From an uncultured Acidobacteriota bacterium (GTDB lineage Bacteria > Acidobacteriota > Terriglobia > Terriglobales > Acidobacteriaceae): 64,000 nucleotides of DNA. Below are positions 53,628 through 62,590 of this stretch, one piece after another. Both the position numbers and the translations under genes were made by a program. Under the pieces are notes generated by a model, which saw nothing but the letters and a program-made list of their open reading frames with translations, was not told the DNA's origin and ran no database searches. The stretch covers positions 259,036 to 323,035 of the forward strand of contig CAVXXV010000004.1 in NCBI GenBank assembly GCA_963765755.1, written 5' to 3'. Numbering within the stretch: position 1 is the stretch's first letter; each line of letters starts with the position of its first letter.

Positions 53628-53757
53628 GGAATTGGGAAATTGAGTAATTGGGAAATTTAGTAATTTGGTAATCGGTAATTTGCAATCTTCATGCGAGACG
53701 CAGCTAACCTTCAAATTACCGATTTTCAATTCCTCAATTACAAAATTCCCCAGTTTC
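53628..53757. repeat. AT-rich composite element: 16-bp tandem units plus a 13-bp perfect inverted repeat
   Basis: Units AATTGGGAAATTGAGT / AATTGGGAAATTTAGT / AATTTGGTAATCGGT / AATTTGCAATC. AATCGGTAATTTG (53670-53682) pairs with CAAATTACCGATT (53712-53724). The right arm carries similar AATT-units on the other strand. Confidence 0.6.
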
Positions 53758-53769
53758 TCAATGTGATCG

Positions 53770-54081
53770 ATGGACCTCGCCGAACAACTCCAACGCATCT
53801 ATATGGCCGGCTTCGAACTGCAGACCTTCGATCGCTTTCCCAAGTGCGTCGGAGTCGTACGCGATAACTGCATCGCGATGCTGGTTCCTGGCGTCGATGG
53901 CTTTCAGATCCTGGGCGCTCCCGGGTGGCGCATGGGGGAAGCGATCGGCGTGCTCGTCGAAAGGAACGGGCGCCAAATCTTTCAGAACAAGCAGGAAATT
54001 CTGGAAGCCACACCCGAGCGTCTGGATAAGTTGCGCATCTTCAAGGAAGACTTGAAGAAATTAATGGACGGGCGGTCTTGA
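53770..54081 (+). CDS. Hypothetical protein
   Basis: A 103-aa ORF with an ATG start and protein-like composition. No family recognised. Confidence 0.4.
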   Translation: MDLAEQLQRIYMAGFELQTFDRFPKCVGVVRDNCIAMLVPGVDGFQILGAPGWRMGEAIGVLVERNGRQIFQNKQEILEATPERLDKLRIFKEDLKKLMDGRS

Positions 54082-54241
54082 TGTTTGAATACGGCGGCTG
54101 ATTCCGCACCCCCAGCTCCCCTTTTTTCACAACCTTCTGGTACCCGTCGCCATCCCACCGCAGCCCCATGATAGGCCTCGGGTCACGTCAGGGAACCGCC
54201 ACTCGTCGCGATTCATAGAGATCGGACTGCAAACAATCGAA

Positions 54242-55195
54242 ATGGATGCGTCGAAGGGGGCGGTAGAACATCCTCGTAAGCGGTCGTGGATTCAGCGAAT
54301 CTCGGCTCGCAACGGATTCCAGAAGGGAAGCGCGGCCCTTAAAGCCGAAGGCTCTCTGGCGGCTCTTCCGTCGTTCTTTATTGTGGGACCGCCGCGTACT
54401 GGAACCAGTTGGTTGCACGAGGTCCTGCGCGCGCGGGCAATACTTCCCGGGGCCACCAAGGAAACTCGTTTTTTCGATACCCATTTCCACCGGGGGCTGG
54501 AATGGTACCTCGCGCACTATCCGCATGCGACCAACGGTCGGCGCATTGGTGAAGTTGCTCCCACCTACTTTGCTTCGGTCGAGGCGCGAGAGCGCATCGC
54601 GCGACTCATTCCCAACGCTCGCGTCGTTTGCGTATTCCGCGATCCCGTGGAACGCATCCTGTCCCTCTACCGGGTGAAGCGCGCCTATGGGCTGATTCCC
54701 TGGAGCTTCGAGGAGGCGATTGTTGAGGATCCTGAATTCATAGACACGAGTCGATACAGCGAGAACTACCGGGCCTGGCAAAATGCCCTGGGATCCGAGC
54801 AGGTGCTGGCGACCGTTTACGATGATCTGCGGGACGATCCGCAGTCCTATGTGGATAAGCTTGTCGACTTCATCGGCGTGCCGCGCTTTACGCTGACCGT
54901 GTCGCAGTACCGTTCCATACACACATCCGAAAGCATGACGCACCCGCGGAACTACACCCGGACGCGCAACGCAACCCGGTTGGCTGACTGGCTCAAGGCA
55001 CAAAGGTTTGACAAGCTGGTGGCCGCAATCCGGGACTCACCCCTCCGGCAGTTCTTCCTTAGCGGCGGCCCGCCATTTAGCGAGCTACCTGCCGATCTTG
55101 CCGTCCGGCTTTACGAACGCTTTCGCCCGGAAGTGGAGAGTCTGGAAAGAATCCTGCAACGGGACCTGGTGGGCTGGAAATCGATAAGCGCGTGA
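54242..55195 (+). CDS. Sulfotransferase-family protein
   Basis: The 5'-PSB loop IVGPPRTGTSWLHEVL, and VCVFRDPVERILS (3'-PB region). Confidence 0.8.
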   Translation: MDASKGAVEHPRKRSWIQRISARNGFQKGSAALKAEGSLAALPSFFIVGPPRTGTSWLHEVLRARAILPGATKETRFFDTHFHRGLEWYLAHYPHATNGRRIGEVAPTYFASVEARERIARLIPNARVVCVFRDPVERILSLYRVKRAYGLIPWSFEEAIVEDPEFIDTSRYSENYRAWQNALGSEQVLATVYDDLRDDPQSYVDKLVDFIGVPRFTLTVSQYRSIHTSESMTHPRNYTRTRNATRLADWLKAQRFDKLVAAIRDSPLRQFFLSGGPPFSELPADLAVRLYERFRPEVESLERILQRDLVGWKSISA

Positions 55196-55450
55196 GTGCA
55201 TGGTCTCACAGCGCAGATTTCGAGTGCCCCTGATCTCGGAAGTGGCACAGCCGGGGAGTCTAGGTTCGTATATTTACATAATACCTGTTATCGGACATGC
55301 TGGCATTGTTGGTCCCCCCCGATCTAGATGCCCTGACCGAGGCGCATACCTCCACGGTTTCACAATGGGACACTATCACCGTGCCCTGTGACCTGAACCT
55401 GTTCCTCCTGCCTCCCCACCACCCTTAGGCTTGCCTGAGGAGACAAGACA

Positions 55451-57511
55451 ATGCTCACAGCACAGGATCTTCGCGGGTTCATCTGTCGTCTTGGTCCGGA
55501 GATTTTTGCCACTGCAGTGTTGGGAGGTCTAATGGGTTGTGGTGGCAGTGGCCCCAACACGGTTCAACCCCCTCCACCACCGTCCATCTCGGTCGCTATC
55601 ACTTCCCATCCCGCAGGGGTGAATGCTGGACTGAGCTACCAGTTCGTTGCCAGCGTTTTGCATGCCACGAACACGGCCGTTAGCTGGAGCCTTGCTTGCT
55701 CGGCGACTTGCAGCGGTGTTGCGATCGGTGTCGTCGCTCCCGACGGGACCTACTCGGCCCCAGCCTCTGTTCCGCAGCCAGTGGACCTGGTCGTGACCGC
55801 CACCAGCGCGGCTGATACGACCAAATTTGCCTCCGCACAATTCAGGCTGATGCCCGCGGTTCAGATCTCAATGGGACGCACACCCTCACAAGTGGTACTT
55901 GGTTTTGTCCAGCAGTTCACCGCCGACATACAGAACGATCTCGACAGCCGCGGCGTGCAGTGGTTTGTGGGCGACGTTGCCGGGGGGAACGCGACACTTG
56001 GAACAATCGATAGTCAAGGCGTCTACTCAGCGCCCACCGGCTCCTCTGAGATGATCATCGCCATCGTAGCTAGGTCGGTGACCGATCCGACCAAGACGGC
56101 CAGCGCCAACGTGACCCTTATTGTCAATACGCACCCAGATTTCACCGGCGCCTACACGTTCAGTTTCAAGGGGCCCGACGGCCTGGCCCTGACGGCGGCA
56201 GCTGGCACCATCCAGCTGGATGGCGCAGGACGCCTCTCGGCTACTCTCGACATCAATAGCGGTAGCGCGAACAATTTTCTGCCGGGCGTTTCTGTGACTG
56301 GCTTCTATGGATTCGAGCACGACAACCTGGGGCACGCAACGTTGACTTATAATGTCGGTCAGCAGACAGCAACGATGTCATTCCGCCTTGCGTTACTGAA
56401 TGATGCGGCGGCTCGCCTCATGGAGTTCGACACCCAAGGCATCGGCACCGGGATGATTGAGAAGCAGGCAGCCGCAGGGTTGAGCACATCGCTGGACGGC
56501 CCCCGGGTTCTTGCACTTTCCGGCCTCAACATCACTGGCCAGTACAATCCTCAGGTCAACATACTAGGCGTGCTTACCGGCGCCGGCGGCACCCTGAACG
56601 GAATGTACGACACCGCTGGTTATGACCAGACCCCTCTCACCGGTACTTATGCCTTCGGCACCACCAACACTCTCAGCCTGAACTTCCAGGGTTGGAACAA
56701 CAGTGTCCCGGTTCCCTTCCGCGTCTACCCGGTCTCATTGGATAAAGCATTCGTCATGTCGACCGGAATGCCCGTACTGTCTGGAGTCATTGAAAAACAA
56801 ACCGGGGGACCGTATTCCCTGGCAGCTTTCAAGGGCACCTGGGTTTTCTCCCTGCAGTCCACCGATTCCAGCTACCACTTGGCCGGAGTACGGCTAGTTC
56901 GCATCCAAGCGGACGGAAGCGGATCGAATGCAAGTGGGGACATGTACGATAACAACTCCTACTCGGTTCTCGATGGCCCGCCATATCCTGTTACATTCAC
57001 TCAATATCATGTTGCCGAGAACGGGCGCGGCAACGCCAACGCTCAGTTTGCGATGCCCGAACCGATCGTTTGGTATTGGGTTTCGCCAACGCGGGGCTAC
57101 ATCAAGTCCGCTGAGGGCAGCGGCGAGTTTTTCCGGCAGCAGGACACTCCTTTTACCCTGGCATCTCTGCAAGTTCCACTCTCGGTCTCGCTGTACGGCT
57201 TTTCTGATTTCTTCTTCCTGCCCAGGCAAGATTCTTATTTGGGGACAGGCATCCCGGACGGGACTGGTCAGTTTGTCCTCACAGCCTCTGAGGTTGATGT
57301 TAAAGATAGCGCCGAGCCTATCAAGTCCGATCTCACTTGCACAGGCACCTACACCATCGATAGCGGGGGTCGCGGCATTATTTCACTGGACACCGGACAG
57401 CTCGTTCTACGATTCTACGCTGTGTCGGACACTAAATTGTTGTTGATGCGCCCTGGCTATGACGTGATTGGAGTTGGTACAGCCGAACAACCATCGTTTC
57501 CTGCGAACTAG
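55451..57511 (+). CDS. Large lipoprotein with two N-terminal Ig-like (Big_2-like) domains and an uncharacterised beta-rich C-terminal region
   Basis: RBS GAGGAG, lipobox LMGC, and two ~90-aa repeats ending ...SAQFRLMP and ...SANVTLIVN. Confidence 0.6.
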   Translation: MLTAQDLRGFICRLGPEIFATAVLGGLMGCGGSGPNTVQPPPPPSISVAITSHPAGVNAGLSYQFVASVLHATNTAVSWSLACSATCSGVAIGVVAPDGTYSAPASVPQPVDLVVTATSAADTTKFASAQFRLMPAVQISMGRTPSQVVLGFVQQFTADIQNDLDSRGVQWFVGDVAGGNATLGTIDSQGVYSAPTGSSEMIIAIVARSVTDPTKTASANVTLIVNTHPDFTGAYTFSFKGPDGLALTAAAGTIQLDGAGRLSATLDINSGSANNFLPGVSVTGFYGFEHDNLGHATLTYNVGQQTATMSFRLALLNDAAARLMEFDTQGIGTGMIEKQAAAGLSTSLDGPRVLALSGLNITGQYNPQVNILGVLTGAGGTLNGMYDTAGYDQTPLTGTYAFGTTNTLSLNFQGWNNSVPVPFRVYPVSLDKAFVMSTGMPVLSGVIEKQTGGPYSLAAFKGTWVFSLQSTDSSYHLAGVRLVRIQADGSGSNASGDMYDNNSYSVLDGPPYPVTFTQYHVAENGRGNANAQFAMPEPIVWYWVSPTRGYIKSAEGSGEFFRQQDTPFTLASLQVPLSVSLYGFSDFFFLPRQDSYLGTGIPDGTGQFVLTASEVDVKDSAEPIKSDLTCTGTYTIDSGGRGIISLDTGQLVLRFYAVSDTKLLLMRPGYDVIGVGTAEQPSFPAN

Positions 57512-57638
57512 CCACCTTGCCATGGGAATCGCTGTCGCTCCGCCTGAAGGTGGCGATCGCATCTGAAGATCGGGTTTGCGCGTCACCCTAACCTTCACCT
57601 TGACGCTTCACGCATCGCCGCTGCACTATCAGGGCGCC

Positions 57639-58559
57639 ATGAAACTTCTTGCCATCGTCAGTTCCCTTCTCATTGCCATTTCTTGTACCGCGCAGAATGC
57701 TCCCCTCACGCGCCCGAAAATTCTCGGTGTCGCCCACATCGGGCTCCGGACCGACAACCTCGATGCTGCCCGCAAATTTTACGGGGGCGTGCTCGGCTTC
57801 CAGGAACCCTTCACTCTTAACAAGCCGCCCGACGAGGGCACCGGCCTCATGCTTACCTACTTCAAGGTCAACGATCATCAATACATCGAGGTATTTCCCG
57901 AACTCACCGATCCGAAACAGGATCGCCTGTCGCACATTTCCTTCGAGACCACCGACGCCGAACAACTCCGCGCCTACCTGGCCAGTAAAGGCGTAAAAGT
58001 TCCCGACAAGCTCGAGCCCATGCTCGACGGCAACCGCGGGTTCGATGTCTTCGACCCCGACGGTCACGACGTGGAATTCATCCAGTACATGCCCGGCTCA
58101 CTGCACAGCCGCAACTTCGGAAAATTTCTTCCCAGCACCCGCATCTCCGATCACATCATTCACGTTGGCGTCGTAGTCAGCGACCGCGCCGCGTCCGACC
58201 ACTTCTACAAAGACATTCTGGGCTTCAAAGAAACCTGGCATGGTGGCATGACCGACGATGCCACCGACTGGGTCGACATGCGCGTCCCCGACGGCACCGA
58301 CTGGCTGGAGTACATGCTCAACGTCCGCAACCCCGATCCCCAAGAGCTGGGCGTCATGCATCATCTGGCGTTAGGAGTTCCGAGTGTGAAGGCCGGCAAC
58401 GAAACGGTTCTAAAGCGCGGCCCCAAGCCGAGCGAACCCCCGCAGATCGGCCGCGACGGAAAGTGGCAACTCAACCTCTACGACCCGAACTTCACCCGAG
58501 TCGAACTGATGGAACCCAAATCAGTCCAAAAACCCTGCTGCTCCCCAATCATGGAGTGA
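57639..58559 (+). CDS. Secreted two-domain VOC (glyoxalase/bleomycin-resistance/dioxygenase) family protein
   Basis: The ATG at 57639 gives a signal peptide. GVAHIGLRTDNLDAARKFYGGVLGF and HVGVVVSDRAASDHFYKDILGF are two VOC modules. Confidence 0.8.
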   Translation: MKLLAIVSSLLIAISCTAQNAPLTRPKILGVAHIGLRTDNLDAARKFYGGVLGFQEPFTLNKPPDEGTGLMLTYFKVNDHQYIEVFPELTDPKQDRLSHISFETTDAEQLRAYLASKGVKVPDKLEPMLDGNRGFDVFDPDGHDVEFIQYMPGSLHSRNFGKFLPSTRISDHIIHVGVVVSDRAASDHFYKDILGFKETWHGGMTDDATDWVDMRVPDGTDWLEYMLNVRNPDPQELGVMHHLALGVPSVKAGNETVLKRGPKPSEPPQIGRDGKWQLNLYDPNFTRVELMEPKSVQKPCCSPIME

Positions 58560-58574
58560 GAAGCGCATCTCCCC

Positions 58575-58676
58575 AACTCTTGTCATCTGACTGTTGTCAT
58601 CGAACTCTTGTCATCTGACTTTAACGCTTGTCATCCTGAGCGCAGTGAGGCGCCAGCCGAACGAAGTCGAAGGACC
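58575..58676. repeat. Short-repeat cluster: TTGTCATC units at 14/14/20-nt spacing, leading into a GTCATCCTGAGCG...GAAGTCGAAGGACC element
   Basis: AACTCTTGTCATCTGACT occurs twice (58575-58592, 58603-58620). TTGTCATC starts at 58580, 58594, 58608 and 58628. The long element spans 58630-58676. Confidence 0.6.
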
Positions 58677-58729
58677 CCGCGGTTCCCGATCAATCCGAAG
58701 AAGTCGGGGAGCGGTTCCACCACGCGCCT

Positions 58730-59929
58730 TTGCCAATCCCTCGTTTTCCCAACCCAATTCCCAATGCTCCTGCCAACTGCTATATATCAGACATTCCAAA
58801 CGCTCACTTCTGGAGCACTCCAATATTCATTGCGAACCTCGAGGCCAACGGAGTGGCCGGCCGCCTCACTCACCTGAACTATGCTTTCGGCGGAGTGAAC
58901 AGCACGGGCTGCTTCATCGCCGATTCTTGGGCTGACTACCAGACTCCCTTCCTCCCCACCATTACCGGTCCCTACACCGGCCCGCTGTATGGCAACTTCG
59001 CCGCCCTGCAGCAGCTCAAGCAATTGCATCCAAACTTGAAGGTGTTGATCTCGCTCCTCGGGGCCGATGGATTCTCGGCAGCGGCCGCGACCGACGCCAG
59101 TCGCCAAGCGTTTGTGTCTTCCTGTATTGATCTGTTTATCAACGGCAACCTTGCGCCAGGCATCTCAGCCGGGGGTGTTTTTGATGGCATCGACATCGAC
59201 TGGGAATTTCCGACCGCCGCCGACAAGACCAACGCCACATTGCTGATGCGCGAATTCCGAAAGCAACTTGATGCTCTCGGCCGAGCCAACCACCGGCATT
59301 ACCTGCTGACCATGTTCGGCCCCGCGGGCGAGCAGAACTTCTCGAATATTGAACTGGCCAAGGTCGGCCGCACCCTCGACTTCTACAACGTGCAGGGCTA
59401 CGACTTCCATGGCACGTGGGAAACCTCGACCAACCACGCTTCCCCGTTGTTCGACAGCCCGCAAGATCCTGCCCGCGCCGACAACTTCTATCTTGACTAC
59501 ACAGTCAGCGCTTTCCTGAAGGCGGGTGTTCCTCCGCGCAAACTTGTCCTGGGAATACCGCTTTATGGCCGCGGCTGGACCGGCGTGCCCAGCACCAATC
59601 ACGGCCTCTACCAGACCTCCACCGGCCCCGCGCCCTTCGACCCGGCCGATTTCTTACAGACACCCGGAGTCGAGACCTACCTGACGCTCTCCACCGCGAC
59701 GAGTTCGGGATACAAAAGCTATTTGGATCGCCGCAGGCTGGCGGTCTGGCTCTACAACGAATCCACGCAAACCTTCTGGAGCTACGACGACCCCACCACC
59801 GTGCAGCTGAAAACGATTTACATCAACCGCGGTGGCCTGGGAGGAGCCTTCGTTTGGGCAGTCAAAGACGACGACGCCAATGCCACGCTGATCAAGACGA
59901 TGGCGAACGGTCTGCGCCGTCACAACTAG
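58730..59929 (+). CDS. Glycoside hydrolase family 18 (chitinase-like); 5' end uncertain
   Basis: LTHLNYAFG and the catalytic FDGIDIDWEFP. The track start is TTG, there is no in-frame ATG near the 5' end, and no signal peptide is visible. Confidence 0.75.
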   Translation: MPIPRFPNPIPNAPANCYISDIPNAHFWSTPIFIANLEANGVAGRLTHLNYAFGGVNSTGCFIADSWADYQTPFLPTITGPYTGPLYGNFAALQQLKQLHPNLKVLISLLGADGFSAAAATDASRQAFVSSCIDLFINGNLAPGISAGGVFDGIDIDWEFPTAADKTNATLLMREFRKQLDALGRANHRHYLLTMFGPAGEQNFSNIELAKVGRTLDFYNVQGYDFHGTWETSTNHASPLFDSPQDPARADNFYLDYTVSAFLKAGVPPRKLVLGIPLYGRGWTGVPSTNHGLYQTSTGPAPFDPADFLQTPGVETYLTLSTATSSGYKSYLDRRRLAVWLYNESTQTFWSYDDPTTVQLKTIYINRGGLGGAFVWAVKDDDANATLIKTMANGLRRHN

Positions 59930-59979
59930 CCGACGGGATTCGCAGCAAGTTAAAGTGTTCCTTAAGTCTAGGACAATGA

Positions 59980-60015
59980 GCGACCGGGTCAGTTGGCGTG
60001 ACGGTGCCCGGTCGC
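59980..60015. terminator. Possible bidirectional stem-loop between convergent GH18 and truB
   Basis: GCGACCGGG-18 nt-CCCGGTCGC. The loop is large and there is no clear U-tract. Confidence 0.35.
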
Positions 60016-60077
60016 GTGCCTTTCACGTTCGGATCATCACTCGCTTTTCCCGCAGAGCGCACCTTCCGCCGCTGGGA

Positions 60078-60992
60078 TCAGCTTGCGGCCGGTACCGCCG
60101 ACTCACCCGCCAAAACAATCTTCGGGTGAAAAAGAGTGCCGGCGACACGCGTGGCGATCGCAATCAACTCGGTCTGCCCGTAGAAAACTTTCACCTGCTT
60201 CGCTCGGGAAAACTCCGGAAGGTTCACCGCTCGCCCCATGCGGATGTGAGCGGCAATCTCGTCCGTCGCAGTCACCGATGGGATCTCGGGCAACAGTTTC
60301 CGCGGATGAACGCACAATTCATCGCAATTCCCTGCCCGCCACCCAGTCTCCAACTCCTCGAGAGTGTGAGCGTCCGCGATTCCAAACTCCGCAACACTCG
60401 TGCGACGCAGCGATTCGAGATGCCCTCCGCACCCGAGCGCACTCCCCAGGTCGTGAGCCACGGAGCGCATATAAGTTCCCGACGAAACCCGCGCCCGAAA
60501 CGTAGCCCGCTCGTTCACGTAGGACAGGATCTCAAACTCGAAGATTTCCACCTGGACGGGCGCGAGCTTCACTTCTTTCTTCTTGCGCGCGAGCTTGTAG
60601 GCAGGCACGCCCTGAATTTTCTTTGCCGAAAACGGCGGCGGCGCTTGTGCAATACTGCCGTGAAAGTGCTGCGCGAGTTGTCGCAAGTTTTCCAGCGAGG
60701 TCGATACCGCCTGCGGTTCGCTGGTCGCCTCGCCTTCCGCGTCGTAGGTATCGGTCGCAAAACCGAAACGGATCGTTCCCTCGTACCTCTTCTCCGAAGC
60801 GGTGTAGAACTGCGCCAGCCGGGTCAGATTTCCAAAGACGATCGGCAAAACCCCCGTCGCCAGGGGGTCGAGCGTGCCCAGGTGCCCGACTGCGCGCTGC
60901 TCCAGGATACGCCGCACTCGATTGACCATGTCGTGCGACGTGAAGCCCGGCGGTTTGTCGATGATCAGTACGCCATTCATGAGAAAATTCAA
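60078..60992 (-). CDS. truB: tRNA pseudouridine(55) synthase
   Basis: GVLIIDKPPGFTSHD, GHLGTLDPLATGVL, PUA-like C-terminus. Confidence 0.95.
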   Translation of the reverse strand: MNFLMNGVLIIDKPPGFTSHDMVNRVRRILEQRAVGHLGTLDPLATGVLPIVFGNLTRLAQFYTASEKRYEGTIRFGFATDTYDAEGEATSEPQAVSTSLENLRQLAQHFHGSIAQAPPPFSAKKIQGVPAYKLARKKKEVKLAPVQVEIFEFEILSYVNERATFRARVSSGTYMRSVAHDLGSALGCGGHLESLRRTSVAEFGIADAHTLEELETGWRAGNCDELCVHPRKLLPEIPSVTATDEIAAHIRMGRAVNLPEFSRAKQVKVFYGQTELIAIATRVAGTLFHPKIVLAGESAVPAAS

Positions 60993-61013
60993 GTCTACTT
61001 TACCTGATTCCTT

Positions 61014-61718
61014 ATGTTTCCTCTGCGCGACGATCAGCCGGTTTTCAGCACGCCATTCGTCACCTATTTCCTGATCGCCGTCAATCTGCTGATTTACTTC
61101 TTCGAGTGGCAGCTCGGGCTGCAGAGCCGAGGCCAGCTCAACGCGCTGCTCACCCAGTTCGGCGTGGTTCCCAGACTCGAAATCGGATTGCTGACAGGCA
61201 CCCCGGTCTTCAGTCCCGGCGCCGCGCTCCTACCGATCTTTACATCGATGTTTTTGCACGGCTCTCTGTTGCATGTGCTGGGAAACATGTGGATGCTCTG
61301 GATCTTCGGCGACAACATTGAAGATTATCTCGGGCACTTTCCGTACCTGGTTTTCTACCTGTTGAGCGGAGTAGCGGCCAGCCTTGCGCACATCATGTTC
61401 AACGCGAACTCGCGCCTGCCCAGCATTGGCGCCAGTGGGGCCATCGCAGGCGTCATGGGCGCGTACTTCGTCCTGTATCCGAAGGCGCGTGTGCTCATCT
61501 GGTTTCCCCCCATCTTCTTCTTCCCGATCCCCGCGTGGTTGATGCTGGGCTATTGGGGAGTGAGCCAGTTCCTCAGTGGGGCTGCCACCGCGATCGCAGA
61601 AACGACGCAGACGAGCGGCATTGCGTTTTGGGCGCACGTGGGCGGCTTTGTGGTTGGACTCTTGATGATCAAATTATTTCCGCAGCGTCGGAACCGGTAT
61701 CGCTATGGAACATGGTGA
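61014..61718 (+). CDS. Rhomboid-family intramembrane serine protease
   Basis: HVLGNMWMLWIFG, catalytic GASGAIAGVMGAY, and AHVGGF. Confidence 0.9.
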   Translation: MFPLRDDQPVFSTPFVTYFLIAVNLLIYFFEWQLGLQSRGQLNALLTQFGVVPRLEIGLLTGTPVFSPGAALLPIFTSMFLHGSLLHVLGNMWMLWIFGDNIEDYLGHFPYLVFYLLSGVAASLAHIMFNANSRLPSIGASGAIAGVMGAYFVLYPKARVLIWFPPIFFFPIPAWLMLGYWGVSQFLSGAATAIAETTQTSGIAFWAHVGGFVVGLLMIKLFPQRRNRYRYGTW

Positions 61719-61787
61719 TCTTTGACCACGTCCCAAAATGAAACTGCCCCGAAAATATTTCCAGAAAATCTGGCACTTTCCACACAA

Positions 61788-61803
61788 CGTTCCACGTGGA
61801 ACA
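61788..61803. promoter_or_regulatory. parS (ParB-binding centromere-like) site candidate
   Basis: CGTTCCACGTGGAACA matches the palindromic parS TGTTCCACGTGGAACA at 15 of 16 positions. The core 14-mer GTTCCACGTGGAAC is a perfect palindrome. Confidence 0.6.
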
Positions 61804-61817
61804 TTAAGGAATCAACA

Positions 61818-61843
61818 GTCATCCCGAGCGAAGTCGAGGGACC
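61818..61843. repeat. Short copy of the GTCATCC(T/C)GAGCG-GAAGTCGA(A/G)GGACC element
   Basis: GTCATCCCGAGCGAAGTCGAGGGACC equals the 58630-58676 element minus its 20-nt internal segment. Confidence 0.5.
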
Positions 61844-61875
61844 TTGTGTTTTCCACTTGAGCGGCGCTTAGCCCA

Positions 61876-62472
61876 CTAAACTCCGTTGGCGCGGTTGCGG
61901 ATGAGGGACAGGAATTCCGTTCGCGTCTCTTCTTCGTGGCGAAAGCAGCCGAGCATCGAGGATGTAACGGCGGACGAATGTTGCTTCTCGACTCCGCGCA
62001 TCATCATGCAGAGGTGGCGGGCTTCAATGACTACGCCTACACCTTGCGGCTCGATTACCTTCTGGATGGTCTCGGCGATCTGGGTGGTCAGGCGCTCCTG
62101 GATCTGCAGGCGCCGCGAGAACAGTTCGATCAGGCGCGGGATTTTGCTCAAGCCAATCACCTTGCCGTTCGGGATGTAGGCGACGTGTACCTTCCCGAAG
62201 AAAGGCAGCATGTGATGTTCGCAGAGGCTGAACATCTCGATGTCTTTGACGATGACCATCTCGTCATAGGTGACGGTGAAGAGCGCCTTCTTGAGTAGCG
62301 CTTCGGGGTCCTCGCGATAGCCCTTGGTGAGGAAGTCGTAGGCTTTGTGAACGCGCTCGGGGGTGCGGGCAAGACCTTCGCGGGTGGGGTCTTCGCCCAG
62401 GCGGACGATCATTTCGCGGACCAGGTCTTCATAGGTTGCGCTGGTGAGGGTTGAGGTTTCGGTTGTTTTCAT
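61876..62472 (-). CDS. folE: GTP cyclohydrolase I (FolE type I)
   Basis: [21 protein letters not shown] and [15 protein letters not shown]. Confidence 0.95.
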   Translation of the reverse strand: MKTTETSTLTSATYEDLVREMIVRLGEDPTREGLARTPERVHKAYDFLTKGYREDPEALLKKALFTVTYDEMVIVKDIEMFSLCEHHMLPFFGKVHVAYIPNGKVIGLSKIPRLIELFSRRLQIQERLTTQIAETIQKVIEPQGVGVVIEARHLCMMMRGVEKQHSSAVTSSMLGCFRHEEETRTEFLSLIRNRANGV

Positions 62473-62502
62473 AAGTGCCTTTGGTTCGCGGCCGTTGCTG
62501 CC

Positions 62503-62590
62503 GCCCCTCCGGGGCTTGCATTTGCGTTTCGTTTACCCAGCGCTTCGCGCTGGGCTAATGAATTTCGCTGCCTCTGGCGGCTATCGCCAG
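62503..62590. repeat. Structured GC-rich spacer (three hairpins) between queD and folE
   Basis: GCCCC-tcc-GGGGC (62503-62515), CCCAGCGC-ttc-GCGCTGGG (62536-62554), CTGGCG-gctat-CGCCAG (62574-62590). Confidence 0.4.

Noticed and set aside
52752-53798. A 348-aa minus-strand ORF. Similar antisense ORFs occur at 54188-55003, 59955-61007, 10284-11198 and 46499-47356.
   Set aside because: Each one overlaps a confidently identified conserved gene on the other strand (miaB/BFN, sulfotransferase, truB, phosphoesterase, pdxS) and has no recognisable motifs.
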